Part shown: piece by piece, positions 61,159-64,000 of the stretch | How positions within the stretch are numbered: the first letter of the stretch is position 1 | Layout: every line of letters starts with the position of its first letter | Source: Candidatus Poribacteria bacterium | GTDB lineage: Bacteria; Poribacteria; WGA-4E; PCPOR2b | NCBI GenBank assembly: GCA_965215015.1 | Contig: OZ244042.1 | Coordinates: forward strand, 4,064,001 to 4,128,000 | DNA length: 64,000 bases | Direction: 5' to 3' | Translations under genes and position numbers: made by a program | The notes under the pieces: generated by a model | What the model saw: only the letters and a program-made list of their open reading frames with translations | What the model was told of the DNA's origin: nothing | The model's database searches: none

Positions 61159-61569
61159 TTAAAAAACACCGTCAACCTTTACCACCTTCCCGCTTGCTTC
61201 AGCAATCCGTGTTTTATTTTCCGAATCAATATAGGCTTTAGCCTCAATGAGACGTGTGGTCATTTTGACTCGATGGGCTGTAACGGTTAATTTATCGCCC
61301 GCCATCGCTGGTTTCTTAAATCGAATTTCAAGTTGAGCTGTCACCGCGGGCCCATTAAAGCTGGCAATACCCACATAGGTAATTGCTTCATCGAGAAGTG
61401 TACTCAAGATGCCCCCGTGAATCACATTTGCCCAACCTTGAAAATGACCGGGGGGTGTACACTCAATCTTAACCTGCGTTCCATCGGAGGTGATATCCGG
61501 ATTCACTTGTAGGCCAAAAGGGTTTTCCTTACCACAAGCAAAGCAACGATTATTGTTCTCAACGCGCAT
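61159..61569 (-). CDS. PaaI family thioesterase
   Basis: CFACG.ENP.GL, HGGILSTLLDE. Confidence 0.88.
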   Translation of the reverse strand: MRVENNNRCFACGKENPFGLQVNPDITSDGTQVKIECTPPGHFQGWANVIHGGILSTLLDEAITYVGIASFNGPAVTAQLEIRFKKPAMAGDKLTVTAHRVKMTTRLIEAKAYIDSENKTRIAEASGKVVKVDGVF

Positions 61570-61639
61570 CCGCGGCTCCCTGCTGAATTTTCGAGTCTAA
61601 CAGAAGTTGGTAGGATTCTTTGGACTTTCTTAATAGATG

Positions 61640-61752
61640 TAGGAGTTATGCAATTCAGTTTATAATAGCGCAATGCGGCCCGTGTCACGACGGACGATAA
61701 ATCACCCTACTACCTACAGTCAGGCCTTGAGCGTTCAAGTGAGTAAGTCCTA
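61640..61752. mobile_element. MITE-like element of the same TIR family as 15853-16077
   Basis: TAGGAGTTATGC...GAGTAAGTCCTA; right subterminal GGCCTTGAGCGTTCAA resembles the copy ending at 16077. Confidence 0.55.
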
Positions 61753-62078
61753 AAATGGTCGGAACTTCTTAGGATTGTCCTGATAAACCCTGCTCAATTT
61801 TGCATCCTACCCCGATTTTATCGGAATTCAAACCTACTTGTCAAGGGAAAACTCAATCTGAAAATTTGACCCTATAAACAAAAATTAGCGAGTTATGGTA
61901 AAATAACTGGCTCATGCAAAAAGAGAGTGCAAAATACAAAGAGAAGCCTACAGGAATCCATCAAACGTGCTCCCTCTGACAAGGAGGAAGCGACACAGGA
62001 GAGTACTATTTTGAATTGTATAAACATGTGCCCCATTCTTCCGGGAGTTACAATCAAAATTGAGAAGGAGAGGTGAAC

Positions 62079-62494
62079 ATGACGATTCAGATGTTGGTCG
62101 ATGTTTGGAAGGTCTCCGGGGCACATCACTCGATGAAGCCTTCGGCAACCGAAGCCGACATCCGCGCCGCTGAAGCGAAAATCGGTGTGACATTGCCCCC
62201 GCTCCTGCGCGAAGTCTATCCGTCATTCAATGGAGGTTGGACTTGGGGATTGTGTTTTTTCCCTCGCCCCCCCTCCCAGAACATTACGCGTTGACCAATG
62301 CAAGAAGTATATCGAATATAGGTGGCATATCCCTCAAGAGATTCGCCTATTTGCAGATGAAGGGGGTTCGGATGTTTTTGGCATCTACCAGCCAGAAACC
62401 GGCAATCCGATTTATAACCATCCGATTATCGATCGGAATGCCAGATGATGCCGGCTGCATGGAAGTCGTAGGCACCAACCTGTTGTTATTATAA
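62079..62494 (+). pseudogene. Frameshifted SMI1/KNR4 family gene
   Basis: PSATEADIRAAEAKIGVTLP..LREVY...NGG, then continuation split over other frames (FADEGGSDVFG). Confidence 0.65.
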
Positions 62495-62543
62495 TTGGGA
62501 GCAACTATCGGGACTGATACTGAAATTTTTACTGATAATTCTC

Positions 62544-62572
62544 TTGACAGAAGTATGAATATTTTGTAAACT
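62544..62572 (+). promoter_or_regulatory. sigma70 promoter
   Basis: TTGACA-17bp-TAAACT upstream of 62659. Confidence 0.6.
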
Positions 62573-62658
62573 TAGATTCTACGTAAAAGATACGTGCACA
62601 AAAAACGTTCTACCCAATACTATCCCTTAAATCTGAAAGAGGAGAAAAAGAGTTAAAT

Positions 62659-63861
62659 ATGAAAAAGTTTTCAACCCTACTGATGTTTCTTGTTTTGGCC
62701 GTTGGCATTGGGTGTAATCAGGAACAACCGATTACACAGCTGGAGGTTGGTAGAGAGAAGCTGCTCGGGGCCGGTTTGTCAATCGAAGCCGTTGAACACC
62801 TAAAACGGGCGGAAACTGAAGAAGCCAAAACCCCAGCCGAAAAAATAGAACCGCGAGTCTTACTACTGATTGCTTACTCACACGCCATCTCTACCGGCGA
62901 CGCTAGAACACAGCGCGTTGAAGCCGAGTACAAACAGGCGCGAGATGAAAGAATTGCAGCATTAAAGGATACTGAAATGAAGAAAATGCTTCAGTTGCTC
63001 GCTCAACGATATCGTACGCAAGCGTCAACAATGCAAATCTTGGTGGATAAAGGAGCTGGGGCGGTCCCCGTATTAATCGAATATCTCGGTATCAGAAGGT
63101 ATTTGGCTCTCCGAAACGATTTGGTTGAAATGTTGTATCAAATCGGTTCCGAAGGTGTAAACCACATAACCACCACACTCAGTGATACCAATACCTCTCC
63201 GGAGATGAAAGTGATCTTGACGCGGTTAATTGGGCGGATAAATGATTCGAGCGCGATTCCTGCTTTAGAGGCAATCCAAAGCGGAAGTGCCCCCGGGCTT
63301 AGAATGGAAATTAACATCGCACTTTATAACCTTGGCAGGGAAGAGTACAGGACACAGATTATTACTGGGTTAAGTGATAACGATGTTACGGTTCGTCGTG
63401 CGGCTGCACAGGCAATGTTGCGCCTTGACAATCCTCCGGCGGATGAACTGGTCAAAGCACTCAGCGACGCTGATGCATCGGTGCGTATGTATGCGGGCCA
63501 AACGCTTGAGAAATACCCCACTGAAAACGCTATCAGTCGGCTCGTCGAAATTCTTATAAGTGATACAGATGAGGCCGTAAAAGACGCAGCGTCAAAGGCT
63601 CTGATCATTCATGGCGAGCAGGACTTTGGAAAAGGGATAGCACAAGTGCTCATTAAGGCACTACCGGGTGTAGGCGATCCAAAGGATCGGATACGGATGG
63701 TCCTCATTCTCAAAAGAGAGGCGTTTATGGAGCAAATTAAAAATGCTCCAAAGGCACATGATGATAATATTGAATACGACCTCTTTCTCTATTTTAACCA
63801 GGAACAGAATGATATGGTTAAAGAAGAGCTCAGTATGCTATTGAACAATTTAAGACGCTAA
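62659..63861 (+). CDS. HEAT-repeat lipoprotein
   Basis: Lipobox GIGC; repeated L.D.D..VR.AAA..L. Confidence 0.8.
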   Translation: MKKFSTLLMFLVLAVGIGCNQEQPITQLEVGREKLLGAGLSIEAVEHLKRAETEEAKTPAEKIEPRVLLLIAYSHAISTGDARTQRVEAEYKQARDERIAALKDTEMKKMLQLLAQRYRTQASTMQILVDKGAGAVPVLIEYLGIRRYLALRNDLVEMLYQIGSEGVNHITTTLSDTNTSPEMKVILTRLIGRINDSSAIPALEAIQSGSAPGLRMEINIALYNLGREEYRTQIITGLSDNDVTVRRAAAQAMLRLDNPPADELVKALSDADASVRMYAGQTLEKYPTENAISRLVEILISDTDEAVKDAASKALIIHGEQDFGKGIAQVLIKALPGVGDPKDRIRMVLILKREAFMEQIKNAPKAHDDNIEYDLFLYFNQEQNDMVKEELSMLLNNLRR

Positions 63862-64000
63862 ACGCACTTTGGAGTGATTGAAATCGCTGCTACAATTCAA
63901 CCATCTGTGTGAATTGATGCCAGACGTTAAAGATGGCGCCCAGAGCAGCCTCCTCTAGCTCCAATTATAGATTTGGGTAGAACCATTTGCCACCTAGCCG

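Overview
Bacterial chromosomal window, tentatively Candidatus Poribacteria-like (inferred from three PhyH paralogues, a DUF6785-type membrane protein, a secreted protein with a C-terminal 'V..G.....WG.I' motif, and many short dispersed repeats). In order: a Lon-like protease with two Hsp20 genes; a CBS gene; and a clade II nitrous-oxide reductase cluster. The cluster has a sigma54 promoter with three 41-bp-spaced palindromes, nosZ, a single-ORF NosB-NosB-NosD-NosF fusion, nosY (probable ACG start), nosL and a cupredoxin-like gene. Next is a duplicated metal-uptake module in which CxxC/RAPP leader peptides precede a His-rich lipoprotein and a chimeric TonB-dependent receptor. A polyamine locus (speE-like, FAD oxidoreductase, speD) is split by a defence-like island: PLD-SF2 helicase, 5x144-bp non-coding array, Type IIG-like N6A methyltransferase, and an internally deleted ghost copy of the methyltransferase unit. 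A second array (9 units) shares the same ~40-bp core. The rest holds murB, an orphan two-domain DNA methyltransferase, PhyH dioxygenases, recJ-rel, rpmB, a degenerate nadB and an SMI1/KNR4 pseudogene. No rRNA, tRNA or true CRISPR array was recognised. All calls come from manual motif reading, not database searches.
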